Shown here: piece by piece, positions 30,401 through 40,481 of the stretch
Position numbering within the stretch: the first letter of the stretch is position 1
Layout of the letters: each line of letters starts with the position of its first letter
Origin: a candidate division FCPU426 bacterium
Lineage (GTDB): Bacteria > Oederibacteriota > Muellerivitia > Muellerivitales > Muellerivitaceae
Assembly: GCA_963796105.1 (NCBI GenBank)
Contig: CAWCKJ010000004.1
Coordinates: forward strand, 928,001 to 992,000
DNA: 64,000 bases
Direction of reading: 5' to 3'
Position numbers and translations under genes: made by a program
Notes under the pieces: generated by a model
What the model was told of the DNA's origin: nothing
What the model saw: only the letters and a program-made list of their open reading frames with translations
The model's database searches: none

Positions 30401-33400
30401 TACGCCCACTCGCACACCCACGAACACGCCTACGCCTACCCCCACGACGACTTCTTCAAATACCGCGACCAACACGCCCACGCGCACGCCGACTCCCACC
30501 CCGACGCCTACCCCCACCACGACCCCTACGCCGACACCCACGAATACACCGACTTTAACCCCGACCCCGACCCGCACCAACACCCCCACAACAACCCCGA
30601 CCCCGACGCCGACAAATACTCCTACTTTGACCCCCACGCCGACTCCCAGCCCGACCGGGACGACCTCGCCCTCGAATACCCCGACCAATAGTCCCACGCG
30701 CACCCCGACTCCCACCCCCACCCCAACACCCACTATCACCCCTACTCCGACGCCCACGAATACCCCGACCTCGACCCCTACTCCGACGCGCACCAGCACT
30801 CCCACTACCACTCCGAGCCCGACCATGACAAATACCCCTACCTTGACCCCGACGCCGACCCCCAGCCCGACGGGAACCACCTCACCCACTAATACGCCGA
30901 CCAACACGTCCACTCGCACGCCGACGCCTACCCCGACCTCGACACCCACCATCACCGTGACTTCCACCCCCACAACCACCCCCACCCTGACTGCCACCCC
31001 GACGATGACGCCGACTCCCACCACAACCACCACTTCGACGCCGACGAATACCCTGACTTTAACGCCCACTTTCACTTCGACGCCCACCCCCACTACGACC
31101 ACCACGTCCACCGCCACGAATACGCCCAGCCTGACACCCACCCAGACGCCGACCCGAACCCCGACCACGACCACCACTTCCACGCCGACACCTTCGCCCA
31201 CCCTGACACCCACCTCGACCGCGACGCCCACACCTACGACTACAGTCACATGGACCCTGACGAATACGGCGACACTCACTCCCACCGCGACCCCGACACC
31301 TACGCCGACCACGACCACCACTTCCACGCCGACACCTTCACCCACGCTGACACCCACTTCAACGCCGACACCCACGCCGACCACCACCGTCACAGCCACA
31401 CTGACGAATACAATGACACTGACTCCCACCTCGACTCCGACTCATACTTCAACCATTACCGTCACCTCCACTTTGACCAATACATCCACCCTGTCCCCCT
31501 CTTCGACCCCGACCCCTACTTCGACCATCACAGTCACGGCAACCCTAACCAACACCCAAACCCTCACCCCCACTTCGACCCCAACCCCCACTTCGACCAT
31601 TACGGTCACGGCCACTTTGACTAATACACAAACGACTACTCCCTCGCCGACTTCCTCTCCTACCCCGACCATCACAGTCACGGCAACCCTAACCAACACG
31701 CAAACCCTCACCCCCACTTCAACCCCGACCCCCACTTCGACCATTACGATCACGGCTACATTGACCAACACGCAAACCACTACCCCTTCGCCGACGCCCA
31801 CGCCCACCTTGACGATCACGGTTACGGCCACCTTGACCAATACCATCACCCTGACTCTGACGGAAACTTCCACCCGCACGGATACCATTACTGTGACAGT
31901 CACGCCCACAAACACCTTGACTATGACTCTGACCGTGACAAATACGAATACCGTGACATACTCGCCGACCCAGACATCGACCCCGACGGTGACAGGCACT
32001 TCCACGAACACGCCGACCGTGACGGATACCCGCACCCCGACGAACACATTCACGGTGACCAACACACCGACTTCCACGAATACCCCGACAGTCACGAACA
32101 GTCCGACCAATAGCCCAACGGTCACAAACACCTACACGCTCACAAATACTCCCACTGTGACAAACACGCCAACGGTGACCAATACCCCGACCCAGACCTA
32201 TACCCCGACGGTGACAGGCACTCCCACGAACACGCCGACCGTGACGGATACCCGCACCCCGACGAACACATTCACGGTGACCAACACACCGACTTCCACG
32301 AATACCCCGACAGTCACGAACAGTCCGACCAATAGCCCGACGGTCACAAACACCTACACGCCCACAAATACTCCCACTGTGACAAACACGCCAACCGTGA
32401 CTAATACCCCGACCCAGACTTCCACCCCAACAGTCACAAACACGCCGACGAATACCCCGACCGTGACGGATACCCGCACGCCGACGAACACATTCACTAT
32501 GACTAACACGCCCACAGTCACGAACACACCGACCCAGACCTTCAGCCTGACAGTCACGAACAGTCCGACCAATAGCCCGACGGTCACAAACACCTACACG
32601 CCCACAAATACTCCCACCGTGACTAACACGCCAACAGTGACCAATACCGCGACCCAAACGTACACTCCGACTGTGACGAATACGCCAACGAACAGCCCGA
32701 CTGCGACGAATAGCTTCACCCCAACCAATAGCTTCACGGTCACCAACACCTTTACACCTACGAATACACCTACTGTCACGAACACCCCCACCGAGACCTT
32801 TACTCCGACAGAGACCAATACGCCGACCAATACCCCGACGGTCACAAACACCTACACGCCCACAAATACTCCCACCGTGACTAACACGCCAACAGTGACC
32901 AATACCGCGACCCAAACGTACACTCCGACTGTGACGAATACGCCGACGAACAGCCCGACTGCGACGAATAGCTTCACCCCAACCAATAGCTTCACGGTCA
33001 CCAACACCTTTACACCTACGAATACACCCACGGTCACGAACACCCCCACCGAGACCTTTACTCCGACAGAGACCAATACGCCGACCAATACCCCAACGGT
33101 CACAAACACCTACACGCCCACAAATACTCCCACTGTGACTAACACGCCAACAGTGACCAATACCGCGACCCTAACATTCACTCCAACTGTGACGAATACG
33201 CCGACGAACAGCCCGACTGCGACGAATAGCTTCACCCCAACCAATAGCTTCACGGTCACCAACACCTTTACACCTACGAATACACCTACTGTCACGAACA
33301 CCCCCACCGAGACCTTTACTCCGACAGAGACCAATACGCCGACGAATACCCGTACGCCGACGAACACATTCACTATGACTAACACGCCCACAGTCACGAA

Positions 33401-34343
33401 CACACCCACCCAGACCTTCACCCCAACGGCGACAAGCACCTCCACTAACAGCCCAACAGCCACGAACACTTTCACCCAAACGAACACACCCACTACCACC
33501 AACACCTGGACCCAGACGAATACGGCGACGATGACGAATACCCCTACTAACACCCCGACTGTGACGAATTCCGCGACCCAAACATTCTCCCCGACCGTGA
33601 CAAACACTCCGACCAACACCCTGACCGCCACGGACACCTTCACGCAAACGAACACTCATACCCCGACTAATACGTCCACGATCACTGATACGCCCACCCT
33701 GACCTTCACCCCGACCGTCACCCCAACCCCCACGAATACCCCGACACCGACCCTGACCAGGACCGTGACCAACACTCCCACGGATTCGATGACGCCTACG
33801 GCATCCCTCACCGCTACGCCTACGGCTTCGCCAACCCTTACTAAAACGCCGACGGTCACGCGGACTCCGACCTTGACCCGCACTCCAACGAAGACTTCCA
33901 CGCCCACTTCCACCCGGACGCCTACACCGACCCGCACCCCCACGAGGACCCCGACACCCACGAAGACCCCCACGCCCACGGTGACGGCTTCCTATACCCC
34001 GACTTTGACCCCGACCCCGACTATCACCAACACGCCGGGGGCGACCTGGACGCCGGAAACCGACATATTCACGGTGACCAAGAACTTGTTCCAGGGCGGG
34101 GAACCGGTCTTCATCACGGTCGGGACCAGCCAATATCCGGGGAACCTGGAATTGAGCGTTTACAACTCGGCGGGGGAACACATCAAGACGCTGGTGGACA
34201 GGTACCTGACGGCGCCTTACACGGGGACCGTTTATTGGGACGGGACCAACAAATTCGGGGACAAGGTCGCGAGCGGGGTTTACATCTTCTACCTGGTGGA
34301 GCCCTTTGACCGCAAAGTGAAGCGGATCATCTTCATCAAGTAG
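27468..34343 (+). CDS. Giant secreted protein: PA14, DUF11-like Ig domains, CBM3-like insert, ~1600-aa Thr/Pro stalk, FlgD-Ig/T9SS-CTD-like end
   Basis: PA14 'FSVKWYG...[11 protein letters not shown]...YNIEMDYYE'; DUF11 '[21 protein letters not shown]'; CTD '[23 protein letters not shown]'; alternative start ATG 27477. Confidence 0.85.
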   Translation: MKTMNFKIHSKRNIKHRNWIQKETIFSVFVFLWMGYMIPVHGQVIGTGTGICAQYYAGENFNTFYFNETDPTINSNWPGNGAAPSNGSVTIPNGPFSVKWYGSVQAQYSEPYTFCTDTDDGGRLWVNGVQLVNAWVDQAATSNCGTVTLVAGQYYNIEMDYYENGTGPASAQLFWSSPSTPQTIIPSTQLYCSCLQTTKTVSPGVVADGGSVTYILTTSNCGSALSNAQVWDTLPSNVTYGSSNPPPSVNSNPYFVWNIGSMAASQTYSVTIIATVNAGVPNGTSVTNVANDLATGVAPYQSAPAVFRVFNPGTEFVKSANPTMVSPGGPVTYNLVFFNPAPAPVTGFALQVDDGGQAFGAYRMNTDFNIINNSGAAVNISDFTIKMWISDNITPSQLGDGVYYGGAATDNSWNGPAVGITTTALSSPITYPANRQAAMEIDIKTTTADTLANGVTWGGIETYLAPTSIPLQNYPNYYSQDPGAAYQPGQNYGYSLYYQGQLVYGTCAPGYIEPLDPIPTNVTYVGSNLGGAVSNNSVYWMTTCLYGQQSVTYTWWGTVSSSATAGQIIPNQATFNDVNVDNQIPQGLSNNANVTVIGTLTPTPTGTRSPTPTPTRTPTPTVTPTPTNTPTPTPTPTKTNTPTPTPTPTPTPTNTPTPTPTNTPTRTPTPTPTNTPTPTPTNTPTRTPTPTPTNTPTPTPTPTPTNTPTPTPTNTPTRTPTPTPTNTPTPTPTPTPSPTPTNTPTRTPTPTPTSTPTPTPTPTPTNTPTRTPTPTPTTTPTPTPTPSPTMTPTRTPTPTPTTTPTPTPTLTLTPTPTNTPTPTPTRTPTPTPTPTPTNTPTNTPTPTPTTTPTPTPTRTPTPTPTNTPTPTPTTTPTPTPTNTPTRTPTPTPTHTPTTTPTPTPTPTPTITPTPTPSPTGTQSPTNTPTVTPTRTPTPTPTNTPTITPTPTPTNTPTRTPTPTPTPTPTTTPTNTPTNTPTRTPTNTPTPTPTTTSSNTATNTPTRTPTPTPTPTPTTTPTPTPTNTPTLTPTPTRTNTPTTTPTPTPTNTPTLTPTPTPSPTGTTSPSNTPTNSPTRTPTPTPTPTPTITPTPTPTNTPTSTPTPTRTSTPTTTPSPTMTNTPTLTPTPTPSPTGTTSPTNTPTNTSTRTPTPTPTSTPTITVTSTPTTTPTLTATPTMTPTPTTTTTSTPTNTLTLTPTFTSTPTPTTTTTSTATNTPSLTPTQTPTRTPTTTTTSTPTPSPTLTPTSTATPTPTTTVTWTLTNTATLTPTATPTPTPTTTTTSTPTPSPTLTPTSTPTPTPTTTVTATLTNTMTLTPTSTPTHTSTITVTSTLTNTSTLSPSSTPTPTSTITVTATLTNTQTLTPTSTPTPTSTITVTATLTNTQTTTPSPTSSPTPTITVTATLTNTQTLTPTSTPTPTSTITITATLTNTQTTTPSPTPTPTLTITVTATLTNTITLTLTETSTRTDTITVTVTPTNTLTMTLTVTNTNTVTYSPTQTSTPTVTGTSTNTPTVTDTRTPTNTFTVTNTPTSTNTPTVTNSPTNSPTVTNTYTLTNTPTVTNTPTVTNTPTQTYTPTVTGTPTNTPTVTDTRTPTNTFTVTNTPTSTNTPTVTNSPTNSPTVTNTYTPTNTPTVTNTPTVTNTPTQTSTPTVTNTPTNTPTVTDTRTPTNTFTMTNTPTVTNTPTQTFSLTVTNSPTNSPTVTNTYTPTNTPTVTNTPTVTNTATQTYTPTVTNTPTNSPTATNSFTPTNSFTVTNTFTPTNTPTVTNTPTETFTPTETNTPTNTPTVTNTYTPTNTPTVTNTPTVTNTATQTYTPTVTNTPTNSPTATNSFTPTNSFTVTNTFTPTNTPTVTNTPTETFTPTETNTPTNTPTVTNTYTPTNTPTVTNTPTVTNTATLTFTPTVTNTPTNSPTATNSFTPTNSFTVTNTFTPTNTPTVTNTPTETFTPTETNTPTNTRTPTNTFTMTNTPTVTNTPTQTFTPTATSTSTNSPTATNTFTQTNTPTTTNTWTQTNTATMTNTPTNTPTVTNSATQTFSPTVTNTPTNTLTATDTFTQTNTHTPTNTSTITDTPTLTFTPTVTPTPTNTPTPTLTRTVTNTPTDSMTPTASLTATPTASPTLTKTPTVTRTPTLTRTPTKTSTPTSTRTPTPTRTPTRTPTPTKTPTPTVTASYTPTLTPTPTITNTPGATWTPETDIFTVTKNLFQGGEPVFITVGTSQYPGNLELSVYNSAGEHIKTLVDRYLTAPYTGTVYWDGTNKFGDKVASGVYIFYLVEPFDRKVKRIIFIK
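31981..32420 (+). repeat. Two tandem ~222-bp near-identical units inside the Thr/Pro stalk
   Basis: ccccgacggtgacaggcact recurs at 31981 and 32203. Confidence 0.8.
32581..33350 (+). repeat. Three tandem ~258-bp near-identical units inside the Thr/Pro stalk
   Basis: cggtcacaaacacctacacgccc recurs at 32581, 32839, 33097; identical antisense ORFs in track. Confidence 0.88.
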
Positions 34344-34437
34344 CCAAGAAGTCCGTCGATATTTCTCCGATCAACCCCGGCAAAATTCCTGTTAACAGAT
34401 GTTCCTTTGCCCATTAACATGGGGTAAAAGGTCATAA

Positions 34438-36030
34438 ATGAATTCTTATAAGCGAAATCCATTTTTAAAAACCCGGGTGATGAACCTCCTCATGGCCGCG
34501 GGCCTGGCGATGGCCTATATTTCCCAGCCTGCCTGGGCTGACGCTTCCAAGACGGAAGAGGGGAAGGACCCCCAATGGGAAGCCTTGGACCCCGGAATGA
34601 TGCCGGTGGTGAGGGTATTTTACGGGACGGACCGGATGCCCATCCCCGGGGGAACAGGCGCCCAATACGGGAACGGAAAAGGGGACGGTCAAATCCACTA
34701 TGGCAAGGCCGAGGCGGTTTTAGCCGTCAACTACCGGCGGAATCCTTCCAAGTACAGTAGCTGGCTGGGTTTCCAGCCGGGCAAACCGGACAGCCCTTCC
34801 AAAGTGGGGTTCCAGGAAATCCCGGAAGGGGCCTTCAAGCGGGAGATCGGGAAGGATAAATCCAAGGCCACTTTTATTTTCATTCACGGTTATAACAACA
34901 GTTTCCAGAGCGCCGCCTTCCGGACGGCGAAAATCGCCTATGACCTTCAACTCCAGGGCACGCCCCTCATGTACAGCTGGCCTTCCGCCAATTCCTTGTT
35001 TGGATTCGGCCAGGACCTGGAGGGGGCCGATAGCCCCGAATCGGTGGGCCATTGCGCGGACTTCCTTAGGCTGGTGTTACGGCACTCGGCCTCCGGAAAG
35101 GTGAATCTCCTGGCCCACAGCATGGGAAGCAGGATCCTCTGCAAGGCCCTCTTGAAAATGGACCGGCGGGACTTTCACAGGCTTGGCTCCGTCATTCTGA
35201 TCGCCCCGGAGATCGATGTGAGGGATTTCAAGGAGATGTATTTCGGAAAGGGCGGCCTGCTCGGGAAATGCGGCAGGAAGCACCCCTTCCTGGTTTACGC
35301 CTCGGGCCAGGATTACGTCCTTCTCACGGCTGACGCCCTCGGCGGGGGCAAGCGCCTGGGCCAGGGCGGGAAACACGCTCCCGCGATTGAGGGGCTGACC
35401 ACCATCGACGCCACCCAAGTCTCCGTGGATTGGGGTCTCGGCCATGAGCTGGACCACCATGACGGCGTCATCAACGACCTTTACCTGTACCTGAACCAGG
35501 GCCTGCCGGAATCCCGGAGGCTACTGACCCTTAGGCCCAAGCGCGGCGAGTCCACTTACGAGCTGTTCGACGGGGTCCAGGAAATCCGGAAACCCTGGAA
35601 CTATTCCTACGCCGTGGGGGGGCAGGCGGGACTCCAGGACGAGTCCGTCAAGGTGAGCTGGTTTTGCCTGGGGAATTACCTCCAGCCCTGGCTGGCCTTG
35701 AACCGGGGATTCCTCAACCCCGAGCTGGACCTCAGGTTGAACCTGTCAGATGGGGAATGGCGGCCCTATCTCCAAGCTGGGATCGCTTCTTACCGGACCA
35801 GTAACTTGGACACCCTAGCCGGCGCCGGGGCCCTGAGGTTCGGCGGGGGATTGGAGAGGATTTTCGAGACGGGGTGGGCTGTGGGGCTGGAAATCGACGG
35901 GATGGATAAGTTGTGGCCCTCGGGGGCCATCGCCCAGGACGCGGTATTGGATTCACTCTTCAACAACAGGAACTTCCCATGGGACCAGATCCACCTTCAA
36001 TTGACGAAGTATTTCGACATTGATATATGA
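34438..36030 (+). CDS. Exported alpha/beta hydrolase (DUF900-like esterase) with C-terminal beta-strand-rich domain
   Basis: 'VFYGTDR', 'FIFIHGYNNSF', 'YSWPS', nucleophile 'AHSMG'. Confidence 0.8.
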   Translation: MNSYKRNPFLKTRVMNLLMAAGLAMAYISQPAWADASKTEEGKDPQWEALDPGMMPVVRVFYGTDRMPIPGGTGAQYGNGKGDGQIHYGKAEAVLAVNYRRNPSKYSSWLGFQPGKPDSPSKVGFQEIPEGAFKREIGKDKSKATFIFIHGYNNSFQSAAFRTAKIAYDLQLQGTPLMYSWPSANSLFGFGQDLEGADSPESVGHCADFLRLVLRHSASGKVNLLAHSMGSRILCKALLKMDRRDFHRLGSVILIAPEIDVRDFKEMYFGKGGLLGKCGRKHPFLVYASGQDYVLLTADALGGGKRLGQGGKHAPAIEGLTTIDATQVSVDWGLGHELDHHDGVINDLYLYLNQGLPESRRLLTLRPKRGESTYELFDGVQEIRKPWNYSYAVGGQAGLQDESVKVSWFCLGNYLQPWLALNRGFLNPELDLRLNLSDGEWRPYLQAGIASYRTSNLDTLAGAGALRFGGGLERIFETGWAVGLEIDGMDKLWPSGAIAQDAVLDSLFNNRNFPWDQIHLQLTKYFDIDI

Positions 36031-36254
36031 GGAGCGGCCCTTACCGGTAAGCAGAGATAAACAGTCCACATTTCAACGGAAATTCCTCCGATATAAACAA
36101 AGGGCCCTCCCCATGAATATTTTCAAGACCATCTTTCTTTTAAGGAACAACCCTCCCTAAGCTTGTGAATAGGCAGGGTGACGCCCACATGGCCTAAAAC
36201 AGCCGTTAAACCAGGTTTGAATAAAGGGGGAGAAAGATGGAAGGAGATAAAAAC

Positions 36255-37258
36255 ATGGATAACCCAAGCTCCACCAGGGAGTTCGTCATTACCCGAGTTT
36301 TCAAGGCGCCCAGGGATTTGGTCTTCAGGGCTTGGACTGAGACGGACCGGATTGGCCGGTGGTCCAGCCCCAAGGGAGTCTCCATTAAAAGCGTCAGGAT
36401 GGATTTGCGGCCTGGCGGCATCCTTCATACCTGCATGATCACCCCTGACCAGGCTGAAATGTGGGGGAAGTGGGTGTTCCGGAAAATCGTCCCGCCCGCG
36501 GAACTCGTTTATGTCAATTCCTTCTCCAATGAGAAGGGGGGCTTAACCCGCCATCCCATGAATTCCCAATGGCCCTTGGAGCTGCTGACCACCGTCCTTC
36601 TCAAGGACTTGGGTCGGGAAACGGAAATCACGCTCAAGTGGATCCCCATCAACCCGGCCCAGGGGGAAGTAAGCGTCTTTGAAAGCGCCATGGAAGGGAT
36701 GAAAGCCGGCTGGTCCGGAACCTTCGACCAGCTGGAGGAATACTTGGCGGAAGCCGGGAAAGAAAAAGGGCCACATCCCTTGGACCTTAAACTCACCCGG
36801 ACGGTAAGGGCCTCCAGGGAAAAGGTATTCGAGGCCTTCACCCAAGCGGAGCACCTCGTCCATTGGTGGGCTCCGGGGGGTTGACCATGCCCCAATGCGA
36901 GGTTGACTTGCGGCCGGGCGGTGCCTGGCGTTACAGCTTCCGCTCGCCCGAGGGCTGGGAGCATGGCTGCGTCGCCGTTTATTCGGAGGTGGTTCCGCCC
37001 CGAAGGCTTGTCATGGAAAGCCATGTTCCCGGGAAGGACGGCCAGCCGATATTCAGGATCAGGCAAATCATCACCCTTGAGGAAAAAGGGGAAGGGACCG
37101 AGGTGAACTTGGAGGCGAAAATCCTCCTGGCCAACCCCGGGTCGGAGCCTTATCTCGCCGGGATGAGGGAAGGCACGAACCAGACTTTGGACAACCTCGT
37201 GGCATACCTGTCCAAGCCGTCCGCCGGCGTCCTCAGCGGAAATACGCCCAAAACATAA
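36255..37258 (+). CDS. Double SRPBCC (AHSA1-like) domain protein split by a 1-nt frameshift at G6 36875-36880
   Basis: Two domains 'ITRVFKAPRDLVFRAWT' and 'LTRTVRASREKVFEAFT...VDLRPGGAWRY'; one extra G joins the ORFs; AAGGAG RBS. Confidence 0.8.
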
Positions 37259-37273
37259 AACTGGTTTTGAACC

Positions 37274-37496
37274 GGCTATTCCGCCGGGAGGACCAGGTAT
37301 TCCGCAAGCCGGTGGAGGATATTCCGCCGGTAGGGCCGGATGTTCTTGGGGTCGGTGGGGGCCATTCCTCCTGTGGCTGGGGGATATTCCCTTGGTACGA
37401 CCAGGTAATCCTCCGGCTTGTAGGGGCTATTCCGGCGGCTGGCCAGGTATTTTCCCGGCATGACCAGATATTCCGGGGATCGTTGGGTGCCATTCC
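37274..37496. repeat. Phased array of 11 degenerate TATTCC-like motifs at 20-22 bp spacing
   Basis: Motif starts 37277, 37298, 37320, 37341, 37363, 37385, 37406, 37428, 37448, 37469, 37491. Confidence 0.75.
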
Positions 37497-37656
37497 CTCG
37501 TACGAGGCCGGATGGAATAGGGTGATGGGACTCGAATAATTGGAACAAAGGCGTGACTCCTTGGTAAAAGCCAAAAGACCCGAAACTTCCAAGACTGTCA
37601 ATCCTATCAAAATTTAAAAGTTAATTCGACTTTGGCAAATTGCGGGTTGCCTCGCG

Positions 37657-37741
37657 TTTCCCCCTCTGAAAGAGGGGGAATAAGGGGAAGTTAGCCTTTT
37701 ATCAACAACTAATACCCCCCCACCCCCCTTTTTCAAAGGGG
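37657..37741. repeat. REP-like palindromic repeat (CCCCTCT-GAAA-AGAGGGG / CCCCTTTTTCAAAGGGG), left copy
   Basis: Inverted homolog at 39271-39419; partial third copy ~37843-37860. Confidence 0.7.
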
Positions 37742-38033
37742 CTTATATAGTTAACTCCCTTTTCCTTCTTTTGCCTTCTTTTTTTCAGGCGTTTTTTGTT
37801 TATTTGCGGGCATATCGTCCTTTCGGGAGTGAAGTAAATAAGTCCCTTTTCAAAGGGGGGCAAAGAATTCGTGAAATGCACTTTCCGTATAGGCATGTAG
37901 GATTTTCTTTGAATCCCATTTATCCCATGCATGCCGAACCTCAATTAAGCTTTTATAGAAAGTTCGGTATCGTATCGATTTCCTTAACTGCTTTATGGGG
38001 AATCGGTACATCTGTGGCGAAAATTCTTTCGAT

Positions 38034-39116
38034 TCAATTCCAAATCACATCCAATGTAGCCGTGCCTTTCACCGAAAGCCTCATGACGATTCCCTCGTTG
38101 TCGGCGTAACCCCCTATCACCTTGAAGGATTTCACTTTGGTTTTGAGGCTGGTATAGCGGCTGAGGGGCCGGTTCAAGGCCTTGTTCATGATTGCCTTAT
38201 ACTCATCCAATTTATAGCCGATGGGGAGCTTGGTGATCTGCCGGAGGGCCTTCTTGAAATCCGATTTGTGCATCCAATCGGCGATTTCAAGCAAGAGGTC
38301 ACTGGACTTGATGTCGTAATCCAGGTCCGGAAAGTCGAACATCCGGCGTTTCGGGTGGTAATGGGGGGTGCCCTTCAAATAAACCGTCAGCCTGGCCGGC
38401 TTTCCCGAGAGGTTGATCACGGGGTTGTAGTGCAATTTCGCCTCCGCGACCACCTTGCCTCCCGATCCGTAAAAGCGGATCCCGTCAAGGGTCAGCTTGC
38501 TGCTTCCCGTGCCGGGCAAAACCCTGCGGGTGAGTTTCTGCCGGGGGTCCCGGAAAAAGGCGTTGATTTCCTTATAACTGATGCGGGTATTGCTCGTGGC
38601 CTGGAAGACGGGGGGGCCGGGCTTGAAGGCCTGGAGAGGCGGCATTTTCCTGGGGGCGGATTCTGGTTTGGGCCCGAAGACGATCTCGGGCCTGGCGTTC
38701 ATTTCCAGGATCGTGTGAAGGGTCGAGGCCTTCTTGCGGTCGGTCCTCATCCTCCCGACGCTGAGGGTCTCGGGCCGGATCAAGAGCCAGATGCCCTTAT
38801 CCAAGAAGATGGGGTCCTGCATTTCCTCCCAGAGGTCCGAGAGGTGGGAGTTCAATTGGAGTCCGGGCAGGATCACCAGGTAAGGCAGCAAGGGCTTCAG
38901 CTCACCCTTGAAAAAGTTGGTGACGTGCCGGAAGAGGCCGCCTCCTTTGGGAAAGACGATCTCCACCGGCAGGCGCACCAGGGCTGGCTTGACCGCGGGG
39001 AAGCTCCGGGCCGGGGCCGGGAGCACTTTCACGAAATGGGAGGGGACCGTGGCGCACCCGGTCGAGAGGGTTAAAAGGACCGATAGAAAAACCAGCCGGA
39101 CAGCGCTATTCGGCAT
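38034..39116 (-). CDS. Lipoprotein, DUF4403-like
   Basis: Lipobox 'LSTGC'; 'LWEEMQDPI.L..GIWLLIRP', 'VYLKGTP.Y','DLDYDI'. Confidence 0.6.
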   Translation of the reverse strand: MPNSAVRLVFLSVLLTLSTGCATVPSHFVKVLPAPARSFPAVKPALVRLPVEIVFPKGGGLFRHVTNFFKGELKPLLPYLVILPGLQLNSHLSDLWEEMQDPIFLDKGIWLLIRPETLSVGRMRTDRKKASTLHTILEMNARPEIVFGPKPESAPRKMPPLQAFKPGPPVFQATSNTRISYKEINAFFRDPRQKLTRRVLPGTGSSKLTLDGIRFYGSGGKVVAEAKLHYNPVINLSGKPARLTVYLKGTPHYHPKRRMFDFPDLDYDIKSSDLLLEIADWMHKSDFKKALRQITKLPIGYKLDEYKAIMNKALNRPLSRYTSLKTKVKSFKVIGGYADNEGIVMRLSVKGTATLDVIWN

Positions 39117-39270
39117 AACCTTTTCCCCCGTCGTTTCACCGCATGAACAACCCTGTTAATGATTGGGACCCTGTACTCCAGCCTTGCCAAAGTAGCATAA
39201 TGCGATAGGTTTTTGCATGAGGTACTTTTAGCACCTATCTCAAAATACCTACTAAGCGGACGATAGCGGA

Positions 39271-39419
39271 TTCCCCCCTTTGAAAAAGGGGGGAGGGGGG
39301 TATTAGCTTTTGTTGTGTAACACCCAGAGGCTAACTTCCCCTCAATCCCCCTCTTTCATACTGTTCCTCATATAAATTTAAAAAATGAGAACAGCATAGT
39401 GCTTTAGCACAGAGGGGGA
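39271..39419. repeat. REP-like palindromic repeat, right (inverted) copy with ~50-bp insertion
   Basis: Reverse complement matches 37667-37741 (gaaagaggggga...ggggaagttagcct...ctaatacccccc..cctttttcaaagggg). Confidence 0.7.
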
Positions 39420-39513
39420 GGGGATCTATTGTTCGTGGTTCGCAGAATAAGCAAAATTGATTTTGATATAAGTCCTGACATTTTACGATTTATATCACTT
39501 GAGGGAGTTTTCC

Positions 39514-39975
39514 ATGTCAGCTCGACGCGAATTGAGGTTCAAGACCCTGGATGACGCCAGGCGGGAATTGGCCCTTTTGGAGAAGGGTCCAGTGGCCACG
39601 ACTGGGAACTGGAACTATTTCCAGATTCTGACCCATTGCGCCACCTCCCTGGAGGGAACGATGAAGGGGGTGAAGAGGGAAATGTCCTGGTGGAGAAGAC
39701 ACGTCTCGGGGCCCCTGGGGGCCAGAAAAGTGATGTCCCAGGGTTTTATCCCAGCCGGAGTCAACGCCGTCATGAATCCGACTTTTGAGAAGCTTGAGGG
39801 GGACGAGAAAGAGGCCCTGGCCCGTTTGAGGAAAGCCATGGAGGATTTTGAGAAATTCGAGGGCGTCTTGAGCGAGCATCCAAGGTTCGGCCCGCTTAAA
39901 AAGAAGAAATGGGTCCATTTCCACGCCATGCATTTGGCGAACCACCTGGGATTCGCCAAACTCAAGGAATCATAG
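39514..39975 (+). CDS. DUF1569/DinB-like protein
   Basis: 'RRELRFKTLDD', 'GNWN..QILTHCA', 'HPRFG.L....W..FH..HL.NHL.F'. Confidence 0.75.
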   Translation: MSARRELRFKTLDDARRELALLEKGPVATTGNWNYFQILTHCATSLEGTMKGVKREMSWWRRHVSGPLGARKVMSQGFIPAGVNAVMNPTFEKLEGDEKEALARLRKAMEDFEKFEGVLSEHPRFGPLKKKKWVHFHAMHLANHLGFAKLKES

Positions 39976-40481
39976 CCATTCAAGGTATACAAAATCCAGG
40001 AAACAAAGGTAAATAAAATCAGATATTTTTGTTTCTAAAAGGCGTTAAGCAAAATCAAATCTTTTGCCACGGATTCAGGGGATACAGGGGATGGCTATAA
40101 ATCAATTCAATATAAACGACAATTTCACCCAGATTTATTTGAAACCACAGAATACAGGGTTATAAAACCAACAACTAAATTTGGAAATTTGTTTTAGATC
40201 ATAACAAGAGCAGTGCTCTTGCGCCCATTGGGCGTTATGGTCAAGCCTGAGGACCTTGGAAAAATTAATTTTTCCATTGACCGTCAGCTGGACCATAGAA
40301 CGTGATCGAAATGCGTTTTAAATCCCATGTATCCCATGCATCTGTGGCTAGAGTCGATTAAGGACAGGTGTTTAAAGGAATAAGTAACGCCAGTCGATAA
40401 ATTCGGATTAGGTTTTCATCCTTAATTGCCTATATTTATTGATCATTTGAGGAAGCCTGCCGTTCCTTGCATAATAAGGCC

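Noticed and set aside
28209..34181. Long minus-strand Val/Gly- or Arg/Gly-rich ORFs (also 43637-46690)
   Set aside because: Antisense shadows of ACN/CCN repeats, which rarely produce stops
37233..37610. Short ORFs over repeat arrays (also 47974-48285, 49706-50291)
   Set aside because: No recognisable domains or RBS; repeat spacing is not codon-phased
40197..40242. Integron attC site
   Set aside because: About 45 bp, shorter than known attC sites; no L boxes, array or integrase
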